In this document: piece by piece, positions 20,642-29,728 of the stretch
Numbering within the stretch: the stretch's first letter is position 1
How the letters are laid out: every line of letters starts with the position of its first letter
DNA from: Alphaproteobacteria bacterium
GTDB taxonomy: Bacteria; Pseudomonadota; Alphaproteobacteria; UBA828
DNA length: 64,000 nt
Assembly: GCA_965214705.1 (NCBI GenBank)
Contig: OZ243972.1
Location: 544,001 to 608,000 of the forward strand
Reading direction: 5' to 3'
Made by a program: the position numbers and the translations under genes
The notes under the pieces: generated by a model
Told to the model about the DNA's origin: nothing
Databases searched by the model: none
The model's input: only the letters and a program-made list of their open reading frames with translations

Positions 20642-22801
20642 CCCAAGTTGGCACTTTTTCCGACCAGCCGAGCCTGTTCGAGCCAGTTTTGCGGCGCTGA
20701 ACCACTAGATGTTGGGGTTGGAGGACACCTGAGACCCACATTTGCCATTCGTGGTCCTGGAAGCCAATTGTGGGGCCAGGACTTTGGAGTTGAGTCGATA
20801 TCCCTCTTGCCAGATGCCGCGAACGCCGTGTATGCGAAACAGGCATCGCAGAAACGGCGCCGCCATGTACATCAAGGCAACCAGGACACACACCGACAAG
20901 GCCGGCCAGCCGGTCCGAAGCCATCGCCTCGTGCTCGCCCAGCGCGTCGGCGACAAGGTGCGCCACAGGACGCTGCTCAATCTCGGCACCGACTATCCGG
21001 TGCCGCGCGAGAAGTGGAAGGCCGTCACCGAACTCGCCGAGGCGCTGCTTCACGGCAAGCCGCCGCTGTTCGAGGGCGAGGCGGATGTGCGGGCCGCAGC
21101 CGAGGACATCGTCGCCAAGCTCAGGGCCAGGGGGTTCCGCGTCGAGGCGATGCAGGAAGAGGCGCGCAAGCCCGACATCGCCACCGTCGACCTCGATACC
21201 CTGGAGCACGAGAACCCGCGCACGGTCGGCTGCGAGCGCCTGTGCCTCAAGGCCCTCGACGCCCTCGGCTTCGCCGAAATCCTCCACGGCCTCGACATCA
21301 AGGGCCGCGACGGGCGCATCGCCAGCGCGCTGATCGTCGCCAGGATGGTCCATCCCGCCAGCGAGCGTGATACCAGCCGCTGGCTCCGCCACGACAGCGC
21401 GGCCGCCGAGCTCCTGGGCCTGGAGGGCGACCGCAAGGCGCTGCGGCGCAAGACGCTCTACCGCATCGGCGACCTGCTCTGGCGCCACCGCGCCGCCATC
21501 CAGCGGGAGCTGTTCAACCGTGAGCGCGCACTGCTCGACCTGCCCGAGACGATCGCCTTCTACGATCTCACCAACGTCCACTACCACGGCCACACGGGCG
21601 GCGAGCTTCCCAGGTTCGGGCGCTCCAAGCAGAAGCGCGACGACTGTCCCCTCATCACGCTGGCGCTGGCGCTCGACGGCGCGGGCTTCCCGCGCAGTTG
21701 CGAGATCCTGCCGGGCAACGTGAGCGAGCCGGGCACGCTGCACGAGGCGCTGGCGCGGCTCGAGGCGGTGTGCGGCGGCACGGCGCCGAAGCCCACGGTG
21801 GTCATGGACGCGGGCATCGCCACCGAGAAAAACATCGCGTGGCTGGGCGAGCAGGGCTACGACTGGATCGCGGTCAGCCGCGGTGCCAGGCCTGCGCCGC
21901 CCGAGGGCGGACCCGAGGCCCTGCTGATCACCAGCGCGCGCCACGAGGTGCGGGCCTGGCGGCTTGCCAGCGAGGACGGCGAGGCGCGGCTCTACGTCGT
22001 CAGCGAGGGCAAGAAGAAGGCCGAGAACGCGATCATCGGCCTGAGGCGGAACCGCTTCGAGGCGGCGCTGGAAAGGCTCCACGGCGGCCTTGCGGTCAAG
22101 GGCCGCCTCAAGCGCTACGACAAGGTGCTGGAGAGCATAGGCCGCCTCAAGCAGCGCTTCTCCGCCGTCGCCAGGCACTACGAGATCACGGTCGAGAGGG
22201 CGAAAACCGGCCCCAATGCCACCGCCGTGCGCTTCAAGCGCAGGCCGCGATACGACGAGGCCGATGAGGGCGCCGGTGCCTATGTGCTGCGCACCAGCCA
22301 CGTCGACTGGGACATCGAGACGGTCCTGCGGACGTACTGGCGGATCACGGATATCGAGGCGACATTCCGGAGCCTGAAATCCGAGCTCGGCCTTCGCCCG
22401 ATCTGGCACCAGCTCGACCGGCGCATCGCGGCCCACCTGCTGATCGCCGTGCTGGCCTACCACGCCGTGCATCTGATCCGTACCCGGCTGGCCGCGCGCG
22501 GCATCCACAAGTGCTGGGCGTCGATCCGCGAGAGCATGCGGACCTGGGTGCGGATCACCACGCGCCTGCGCCAGACCGACGGCACCTTGATCGTCAACCG
22601 CCAGGACACGCGCCCGGCCGCCGAGGTTGCCGCAATCTCCTCGGCGGCGGGCGTGGACCCCGCCATCCACCGCACGAGGACCCGTCTGATGAGCTGACAG
22701 AATCTCACAAAATGTGGGGCCATGTTGGAATCGACCGAGAAAAATATCGCGTTGAATCAAACCAATAGGGAACACAGGCAGCGGAAAAGTGCCAACTTGG
22801 G
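20642..22801 (+). mobile_element. IS1634-family element B, complete, inserted in the DnaA-C HTH gene
   Basis: TIR CCCAAGTTGGCACTTTT; TSD TTGA (20638-41 and 22802-05). Confidence 0.9.
20865..22697 (+). CDS. IS1634-family DDE transposase
   Basis: FYDLTN, VVMDAGI and EATFRSLKSELGLRP motifs; ATG of MYIKAT. Confidence 0.92.
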   Translation: MYIKATRTHTDKAGQPVRSHRLVLAQRVGDKVRHRTLLNLGTDYPVPREKWKAVTELAEALLHGKPPLFEGEADVRAAAEDIVAKLRARGFRVEAMQEEARKPDIATVDLDTLEHENPRTVGCERLCLKALDALGFAEILHGLDIKGRDGRIASALIVARMVHPASERDTSRWLRHDSAAAELLGLEGDRKALRRKTLYRIGDLLWRHRAAIQRELFNRERALLDLPETIAFYDLTNVHYHGHTGGELPRFGRSKQKRDDCPLITLALALDGAGFPRSCEILPGNVSEPGTLHEALARLEAVCGGTAPKPTVVMDAGIATEKNIAWLGEQGYDWIAVSRGARPAPPEGGPEALLITSARHEVRAWRLASEDGEARLYVVSEGKKKAENAIIGLRRNRFEAALERLHGGLAVKGRLKRYDKVLESIGRLKQRFSAVARHYEITVERAKTGPNATAVRFKRRPRYDEADEGAGAYVLRTSHVDWDIETVLRTYWRITDIEATFRSLKSELGLRPIWHQLDRRIAAHLLIAVLAYHAVHLIRTRLAARGIHKCWASIRESMRTWVRITTRLRQTDGTLIVNRQDTRPAAEVAAISSAAGVDPAIHRTRTRLMS

Positions 22802-23171
22802 TTGAGAGTTCGCGCTTCGCTGTGCAGCGCAAGTGCGGTGTCTCTCACCGGCGAGCAGCCGGCGTCGGTAGCGCGAGAGGATGCGACAATCGCGGCGGCC
22901 AGGGCCTCGACTTCCGCCCTCAGGGCAGGCTCGGCAGCCATGCGTGCGTCGACCCGTGCCCAGGCGTTCACGACCGTCTTGCGGTCGCGGTCGCCGAATT
23001 CGCGGCCGATCTGTGTCGGCGCGTGCTGCGTCAGCTCGCGGCAAAGCCACATGGCGATATGGCGCGGGGCAGACACGTCCCGTGTCTTGCGCGCAGAATC
23101 GAGATCGTTGACCGTTACGCCATAGTGCTCGGCTACCCGCGCCTTGATCGCGGCGATGATTGGCTGGCCGC

Positions 23172-23651
23172 TCATGCGGCGCCACGCCCAGGGCCGTTAC
23201 CACCGCGCGCCTTGCCCTTCTCCCGGTTGTTCATCGCCCGCAGGGCCCGGATGATCCGCTCCGCCTGGTGCTCGGTGACGAAGCGCAGCGCCGAGACCCT
23301 GAAGGTGCGCTCCAACCACCTGTTCAAGCCGCTTTCGCCGCCCTCCTCCGTGGCGTACGCACCCCACAGCTCGCGGATCAGCGTCACCTGGGCCGGCGTC
23401 GCCATGCCGTCCCGGTGCGTGTAGAAGGTCCTGGTGAAGTCGGAGCGGAAGCCCAGCGCCATCATCGCCTTCATGACGTACTCGAAGCCGGTCCGGTCCA
23501 GGTCCTTCGCGCTCTCCACGCCGGCCATCTTGCGCAGGATGAAGCGGTAGCGCTCGTCGCTGAGCCCGAGCTGCTTCCGGGCCACGTGGATCAGCGCGGT
23601 CTGCTTCCTGGTGAGCGCCCCGGATCGAGCGGCCTTCCGCCGCTCGCTCAT
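23172..23651 (-). CDS. gemA: Mu GemA/gp16-like (DUF1018) protein
   Basis: LIHVARKQLGLSDE.YR..L....G..SAKDL; position in the Mu-like early operon. Confidence 0.8.
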   Translation of the reverse strand: MSERRKAARSGALTRKQTALIHVARKQLGLSDERYRFILRKMAGVESAKDLDRTGFEYVMKAMMALGFRSDFTRTFYTHRDGMATPAQVTLIRELWGAYATEEGGESGLNRWLERTFRVSALRFVTEHQAERIIRALRAMNNREKGKARGGNGPGRGAA

Positions 23652-24385
23652 TCGGCTCCTCCGAAGATGCCGGCGGCCTGCTTCAGGTGGACGAACCTGA
23701 TGTCGCCATCGCCCGCCAGATCGCGCCCGACGTCCAGCAGCATTCCCGCTTGACGGAGACCCGACTTGCCTTCGTTCCATTTCTCCAGGAAGGCGATCGC
23801 CCTGGGCTCGTGCACACCGGCATGGCGCGCGAACGCGTCCAGGTCGGCCCCGGTCGATGCCTTGATGTAGAGCTTGGCTCCGATGCGCGAGGCCAGCTGA
23901 TCGAACGCAGCGGCGCGCACGGTGTTGAAGCGGCTGCCCAGGCTCGCGTTGCCGAGGAAGACCAGGGGAACCCCGGTTTCGTCGTGGATGCAGCGCAGCT
24001 GATCGATGTTCCGCGCGTTCAGGTGCTGCGCTTCGTCCACCAGAAGCACCGTCACGCGGTCGTCCGCGATCGCGTTGCAGATGACCTCGTGGAGCTCGAC
24101 GGTGCGGAAGGGCACCCTGCACGAATAGAAGGCCCCGCAGACCAGGCTCAGCATTCCCGCCATGGTGTCGTGCAGCGGGTCCATGACGCAGTAGCGCGCA
24201 CGCCCGACACGCCTCGCATAGTCCCGCGCCGCCGTCGTCTTGCCGACTCCGGGCTCGCCGACCACGCTGCCGATGCACCCCAGCCGCTGCGTAAACTCGA
24301 TCAGCCGCCGGATGTCGCCCACGGTCTGTGTCTCGCAGAGGGCAGGGCGCTCGTCGCTCTCGATCAGGTTCAGGGCTTCAGGCAT
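23648..24385 (-). CDS. MuB-like AAA+ transposition ATPase
   Basis: Walker A GEPGVGKTT, Walker B LLVDEAQ, QLASRIG; follows the transposase. Confidence 0.85.
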   Translation of the reverse strand: MPEALNLIESDERPALCETQTVGDIRRLIEFTQRLGCIGSVVGEPGVGKTTAARDYARRVGRARYCVMDPLHDTMAGMLSLVCGAFYSCRVPFRTVELHEVICNAIADDRVTVLLVDEAQHLNARNIDQLRCIHDETGVPLVFLGNASLGSRFNTVRAAAFDQLASRIGAKLYIKASTGADLDAFARHAGVHEPRAIAFLEKWNEGKSGLRQAGMLLDVGRDLAGDGDIRFVHLKQAAGIFGGAE

Positions 24386-25906
24386 GGAAGGACTCCGGGA
24401 TCGACCGTTGGCATGCGGCTGCCGGCGCGGACGCTCGGCAGGAGGCGTGCGCCCTCATCCGTTCGCCCTCCGCCGCTGCAGGAGGGCGTCGATGGCCCGA
24501 CGCCGATCGTCGCTCATGCCGCCGCTCTCGGCCGGCGCGGGACGATCCGGTGCCCGTTCACCACGCTTGGCGAGGGACTCGTCCTGCGCGTTGCGCGTTG
24601 CCTCCCGCCGGCGCTCCTCGCGGGCGGCCCTGGCGGACTCGAAGCTCTTGCGCCCGGCCGGCGTGCGCTTGGCTTCGCGGGCGATCTCCTCCAGGGTTTC
24701 GCCCATGCCGACAAGCGCACCGCGCTCCGGGATCGGGTTCGCCTCCGCCTCGGACACTGACGGAGCCATGAGCGCCTCCATGTCGACGTGCGGGGTCTCT
24801 TGCCGCAGGGTCTTCATCGCCGAGGTGGCCACGCGGCGGCGCCTGGCAGCCTCCCGCGCCCCGCGCGGATCGAGCGCGTCATAGGGTGTGTCGGCCTCCG
24901 CCATGCACAGGAACCCGCCACTTTCGTCGAGGACCGCGAGACGGTCCATGGGGCCGTACAGCGGAACGCGCACCTCCACCTTGCTGCGCGCCGGCACCGA
25001 CCAGAGGGCCTCTGCCGTGTAGATTGCGCCTGCCAACCTGAAACGTCCCTGCCAGAGCGTGCGCGTCGCCGGCCGGCTGAACACGACCCGGAGCACGTCG
25101 GGATCTATGTCCGTGCGCGTCCATCCGTCATCGACGACGGCGGCGGCAAAGGCCTCGTCGGGAGACCGGCCACGCAGGAAGCCCTCTTGCGGTTGCCGGT
25201 TGTACCAGGCCAGCCCCTCGGCGACTCTGCGGGCGAACGCCTCGTCGTCGAGCGGGTTCGGTTCCGGCGCGCGGCCCACGTTGGCCGTCTTCTTGCGCAT
25301 GCGGTTGCCGCCGATGTAACCGGGAAAGGTCGAGAACACGCCCCGGTCCAGGGCAGCGAACGCGCCTTCGATTGCCTTGGCGGCCGCGTTATAGGGCAGG
25401 GCCTTGATGACGGCGCTGGGACGCTCCCGGAAGCGGCTGGCAACCGCGTCGTCGTCGTCCAGATACCGCACCTTGCAGAGCTGCATGGCGTCGTCGACGA
25501 ATTCGCTCCAGTTGTACTCGCCGCCGTTGTCCAGATAGAGAAGCTCGGGCATTCCCCATCGCGGGTCGCTCACCATCTCAATGAAGGACTCGATGACGTG
25601 CTCCTGCCGTATGCCCTCGCCCTTGCGCGGGTGGACGACGGAGCCACAGATGCGGTTCGTTCCCCAGTCGATCCAGCCGATGAGCTTGGCCGTGCAGGGG
25701 CTGCCGTCCGCGCGGCGCCTGTGGATATCCATTACCTTCACGTCACCGATCACGGCCTTCATGGGCCGCCAGTCCTCCCGGCTGCGGAGGATGCGGGGCA
25801 TGCTCTCGTCGAACCAGCGCTTGTGGTCGTTCTCAAAGGTGTCGAGATGCCGCCTGGGCGCCGCGCGCTCCACTAGGCCGCGGCTTACCGTGCAGAGTCG
25901 CTTTAG

Positions 25907-27108
25907 GGAAAGTCTGAACAACCCCATCTTGGCGGCTTCGAGGGGGAGAGGGGGCTTGGATTTGAAGCTCGACGATATTGCCGGCAGGCCGGGGGCTGCT
26001 TTTGTCGCGGGATACGGAGCGAACGGGCGATATCCGCGTCGATCCGCCGCATTCCCCGTCGTCCCGCCGGCGGCGGGCGGACTGCTCCCCTGTCATTGCG
26101 TCGCGTAGCGGCCGGCGATCAGCAGGTTCGAGAACCCCAGCAGCAACGCGATGCGCTGCCTGTTCTTCGCCACGCCCCGGTAGCGCACCTTGGCGTAGCC
26201 GAAGTGCCGCTTCACGTACAGGAACGGATGCTCCACCTTCGCCCGCACCGACGCCTTGCGCGTCTCGGCCGCCGCTTCGGCGCCACCCCCGGCCAGCAGC
26301 CGGCGCCGCCCCGGCTTCATCGCCACACGCCACTCGACACCGCCATCCCGGTGCTCGGGACGCTTCTCCACCCCCTGGTAGCCCGCGTCGCCCCACGCCG
26401 TCGTCTCAGCGCCATGCAGCAGCGCTCCCGCCTGCGTCACGTCGCTTGCGTTGGCCGCCGTCGTCACCACGCTGTGTGCCAGACCCGACCCGGCGTCCAC
26501 CCCGATGTGCGCCTTCATCCCGAAATACCACTGCTTGCCCTTCCTCGTCTGACGCATCTCAGGGTCCCGTGCGCGGCGCCGGTTCTTCGTCGACGACGGC
26601 GCCTCGATGATGCTCGCGTCAACGATCGTCCCCGTGCGCAGCCAATGGCCGCGCGACGCCAGGTGCGCATTGATCTCCTCGAACAGACCCTCGCCCAGGC
26701 CGTGCTTCTCCAGAAGATGCCGGAAGTTCAGGATGGTGGTCTCGTCAGGCAACGCCTCCGCCAGCCGCAGCCCCACGAAACGCCGCACCGACTCCACCTC
26801 GTAGAGCAGGTCCTCCATCCCCGGATCGCTCAGGTTGTAGAACAGCTGCACGCAGTGAACGCGCAGCATCACCGCAAGCGGGTACGGGCGCCGACCGCGC
26901 CCCGCCTTCGGATAGAACGGCTCGATCCGCCGTTCCAGCCGCTCCCAGGGAACCAGCTTGTCCATCTTCTCCAGGAACAGCTCGCGCCGCGTCCGGCGCT
27001 TCTTCAAGTCGTGCTCCAGTTCCGAAAAGCTCGCCTGTGCCATGACCCGATCATCCAATCTGCGACTCCTACGAAAATCATGGCACACCCGACTTGATCA
27101 GACCTTCC
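25907..27108 (-). mobile_element. IS5-family element (IS5 group)
   Basis: Ends GGAAAGTCTGAACA / TGATCAGACCTTCC; TSD TTAG (YTAR) at 25903-06 and 27109-12. Confidence 0.92.
26093..27043 (-). CDS. IS5 transposase
   Basis: PDETTILNFRHLLE, IVDASII, FGMKAHIGVD, GDAGYQG and RAKVEHPF motifs. Confidence 0.95.
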   Translation of the reverse strand: MAQASFSELEHDLKKRRTRRELFLEKMDKLVPWERLERRIEPFYPKAGRGRRPYPLAVMLRVHCVQLFYNLSDPGMEDLLYEVESVRRFVGLRLAEALPDETTILNFRHLLEKHGLGEGLFEEINAHLASRGHWLRTGTIVDASIIEAPSSTKNRRRARDPEMRQTRKGKQWYFGMKAHIGVDAGSGLAHSVVTTAANASDVTQAGALLHGAETTAWGDAGYQGVEKRPEHRDGGVEWRVAMKPGRRRLLAGGGAEAAAETRKASVRAKVEHPFLYVKRHFGYAKVRYRGVAKNRQRIALLLGFSNLLIAGRYATQ

Positions 27109-27915
27109 TTAGCTGCCTCGTGCCGGGGTTGAAGCCTGCCTCCGCGGTCTTCTTCGCCAGCTCGGCGCTGACGGCGCGGGCTATGCGGCGCCAGCCCCAA
27201 TCCAAGCTCTCCGCGTAGATGGAGCCGGAAAGCTCAATTGCCCACGCTCGGAATGACGCCTTGACCTCGTCATCGAAGGGGACGGCGGCATCCCACGCAC
27301 GCGAGATAAAGACGCCGGGTCGCCCCCGGTTCGGCCGGCTCGCAGGAAGCAGGCCGGCCAGGTCCTCCCGTTCGTAACCGGCCAGCCAGCGCCGGACCGT
27401 GCGCGACGAGCATCCGGCGGAGCGTGCCGCAGCATCGACCGCCTTTGCACGTTCAGGCGAGCCGGGCGCGCACTGCAGGATCGGGCGAATGATCTCGTAA
27501 CGCTCGTGGGCCCTGGAGGTTCGCCAGCCCTTGTCGGCCAGGGCCGGCAGCGCTGCGGCGACAGTCCGAGGCGAATGACCTTGTGCCGAAGGCGCGCACG
27601 GGATGCGTGCCGGGAGAGCGGCGCCTCGATCGCTCGGCAGGGGCGCAGATGCAGGCGAAGGCTCCGGCAATGCCGGCGGCGCTGCGGTGGCTGCCTCGGC
27701 TGCCCGGAGAGCCTGTGCCAGCTCTTCCACACGATCCCTTGCACCCACCATGACCTTGCCGCCATTGCCGCCGGGCCCGCGTGACCAGCGCACGCCAAGC
27801 GGGATGCCGTGTAGCGGCTTTCCCTTCAGGTCGCAGCGGAAATAGTTTCTCGCCGTTCGGGTGGATACGCCCCAGATGCCAGCGGCGATCGACGAGGATA
27901 CCCACTCCGCCGGCA

Positions 27916-28173
27916 TCACGCGGCCTTGCCTGGCTCGTCCCCTGCCCGAGGCGCGGGGCGCGGGATGTCGGCGGGCCACTCAAGATCGGCGGGCCAGCGG
28001 GCGGAGATGCGTTGCACGATGCGCTCGGCCCGGCGCCCGGTGATATCGTGGCCGGCCACGAGGCGGGCGTACAGGTCGCCGCTGCCACTACAGCGCAACG
28101 ACATCGTCGACGGCGCGCAACCGGCTGCCTCCGCCGCGCGCTCGATAAGGACGATCAGGTGTCGGTGCCACAT
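27916..28173 (-). CDS. Cro/Ner-like small DNA-binding protein
   Basis: Divergent from the repressor; TGATG translational coupling to the MuA gene; WP.DLEWP.DIPRP tail seen in alphaproteobacterial phage proteins. Confidence 0.65.
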   Translation of the reverse strand: MWHRHLIVLIERAAEAAGCAPSTMSLRCSGSGDLYARLVAGHDITGRRAERIVQRISARWPADLEWPADIPRPAPRAGDEPGKAA

Positions 28174-28184
28174 ATGACACGAAA

Positions 28185-28237
28185 TGCCATAACTAGCAAT
28201 TCATGTCAACCGTTGATGTGATGTGCTATTTCTAGCA
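28185..28237. promoter_or_regulatory. Two operator-like palindromes in the repressor/cro intergenic switch
   Basis: TGCCA-TAAC-TAGCA (28185-98) and TGCTA-TTTC-TAGCA (28224-37). Confidence 0.55.
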
Positions 28238-28242
28238 TCGTC

Positions 28243-29067
28243 ATGACTCGCGCCATGGAGAGACTCCAGGCCTCGATCCGGAAGGCTCTGGACGAGCGCC
28301 GCACCAACCCGTCCAGCGTCGCTCGCACCGCCGGCCTGCCGCAACGTGCGCTCTACAACGTGCTTCACGGTCACGTTCCGTCGCTGGATCGGGCTGCCGA
28401 AATCTGCGAAGCCCTCGGTCTCGAACTGTACGTTGGGCTCCCGCCTGAGTCGGAGGAGGCCCAGGTCAAGCGCTTCGTAGGCAGTGTCATTCGCCAGACG
28501 AGCGAAGCTGCCACTGTCGATGACCTGAGACGGGACTTGCGCGGGTTACTCTCCGGAATCGACGAATTGCGCGCAGACATAGCGGCGCTGAGAGGCGAGC
28601 CGGCGCTTTCCGTTCTGGAATGGTCCAGCGACGAGAGCTTGCCACGCGGGGCGCACCCCGTGGGAGTGGTCAAGCTCGCCGCAATGGCCGGGGGCGGGGT
28701 GGATCAGGCGAGTGAGGACGTTACCGGCTGCATCTGGTTTCGCCGAGACTGGCTGGAAAGCCACGGCCTCGATCCCGAGCGCTGCGCGGTCATCGGAGTC
28801 AGAAGCGACTCGATGGCGCCGACGTTGCCGGACGGTTGCTCGATCCTGGTCGATCGTTCGAGCGTCGAGTGGCGGCTAGAACATGTGTACGTGCTGCGCA
28901 CCGGCGACGGCCTCGTGGTGAAGCGTGCCGGTGCGCGGGAGGACGGCAGCCGCCTGTTGGTGTGCGACAATCCTGCGTCTGAGCCAGAGCCGTATCCCGA
29001 CGACGCGGACATCTTCGGCCAAATCGTCTGGGCCGGACGGGCGATCATGGAGGCCATCAGCGAATAA
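28243..29067 (+). CDS. CI-like repressor, HTH plus S24 autopeptidase
   Basis: N-terminal HTH, AG cleavage site (MAGGG), DSM.P Ser and VVKR Lys. Confidence 0.85.
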   Translation: MTRAMERLQASIRKALDERRTNPSSVARTAGLPQRALYNVLHGHVPSLDRAAEICEALGLELYVGLPPESEEAQVKRFVGSVIRQTSEAATVDDLRRDLRGLLSGIDELRADIAALRGEPALSVLEWSSDESLPRGAHPVGVVKLAAMAGGGVDQASEDVTGCIWFRRDWLESHGLDPERCAVIGVRSDSMAPTLPDGCSILVDRSSVEWRLEHVYVLRTGDGLVVKRAGAREDGSRLLVCDNPASEPEPYPDDADIFGQIVWAGRAIMEAISE

Positions 29068-29149
29068 CGGGCTTGGTCTCGCTCCGTGGAGGCGGCCTGC
29101 TTAAGCTGGCTTGCGGGATCGAGGCGGACTGCAGACCGAGCGCCGTCTC

Positions 29150-29728
29150 TCACTCGAGAGAGGCTGTCGTGAACACCGCGCCGCCCAAGATCGAGCGCGT
29201 CGCCCCAGCACGCTGCATCGCCACCGCGAAGGGGTTGTCGCGGCAGGCATCCAGGATGATCAGACGAAGGCCCTTCGCCCGTTCCACGGCGCGGGAGAGC
29301 AGATCGAGCGGCACCGCCTCGAACTCCACGTCGGCATCGCTCAGGAGACGGGCGTCCACAGGGATCAGGAAGTTGCGCTTGTCCACCTCGATGCCGTGGC
29401 CCGCGTAGAACACCACCGCCATCTCCGAGGCGGATGCGGCGAGACTGAACTTCTGGAGACCGTCCCACAGCTCCACCCGGCTCGCGTTCGGGAGCTGAGT
29501 GACCGCGAAGCCGAGGCGCTCCAGGGAGGCACCGATGTCGGTCGCGTCGTTGAGGGGGTTCGCCAGCGACGGCGCATGGGCATACGACGCATTGCCGATC
29601 ACTAGCGCCACGCGCTGGCCGGCCGAGGCGGGTGCAGTGAGCGCACACATCAGCAGGATCGCAGAGGCGACAAGAATCGGCCAGGGGCTCCGCCCGTGGA
29701 CCCCGGAGGTAAAGAGGTAAGGACTCAT
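29150..29728 (-). pseudogene. C-terminally truncated caspase (C14) paralogue
   Basis: FYAGHG and ILDACR dyad; homology to its paralogues ends after ATRSI at ~29189. Confidence 0.75.
29681..29721 (-). promoter_or_regulatory. Putative DGR cis element (IMH-adjacent repeat plus GGA-loop hairpin)
   Basis: Minus strand after the FGE stop: CTTACCTCTTTACCTC, then CCAcGGGC-GGA-GCCCcTGG. Confidence 0.5.

Larger units (their letters stand above)
20559..23175 (-). pseudogene. Phage DnaA C-terminal HTH protein split by IS1634-B
   Basis: PRHIAMWLCRELT...IGREFGDRD.KTV; removing the IS and one TSD gives ...SEARTL-KERAARLVALANELIASTETGGSAPG* ending at 20559. Confidence 0.8.
24455..27916 (-). pseudogene. MuA-like DDE transposase (~751 aa) interrupted by IS5
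   Basis: HTH SSRTVRRW, IGD, YLDNGGE and KAIE motifs; removing the IS5 and one TSD fuses ..GTRQL to KRLCTV.. in frame. Confidence 0.85.

Noticed and set aside
20735-22718. Nested inner IS defined by CCCACATTT / AAATGTGGG
   Set aside because: No TSD; the right-hand match is the conserved internal motif and the outer ends carry the true TSD. 20735 may still be a relic end
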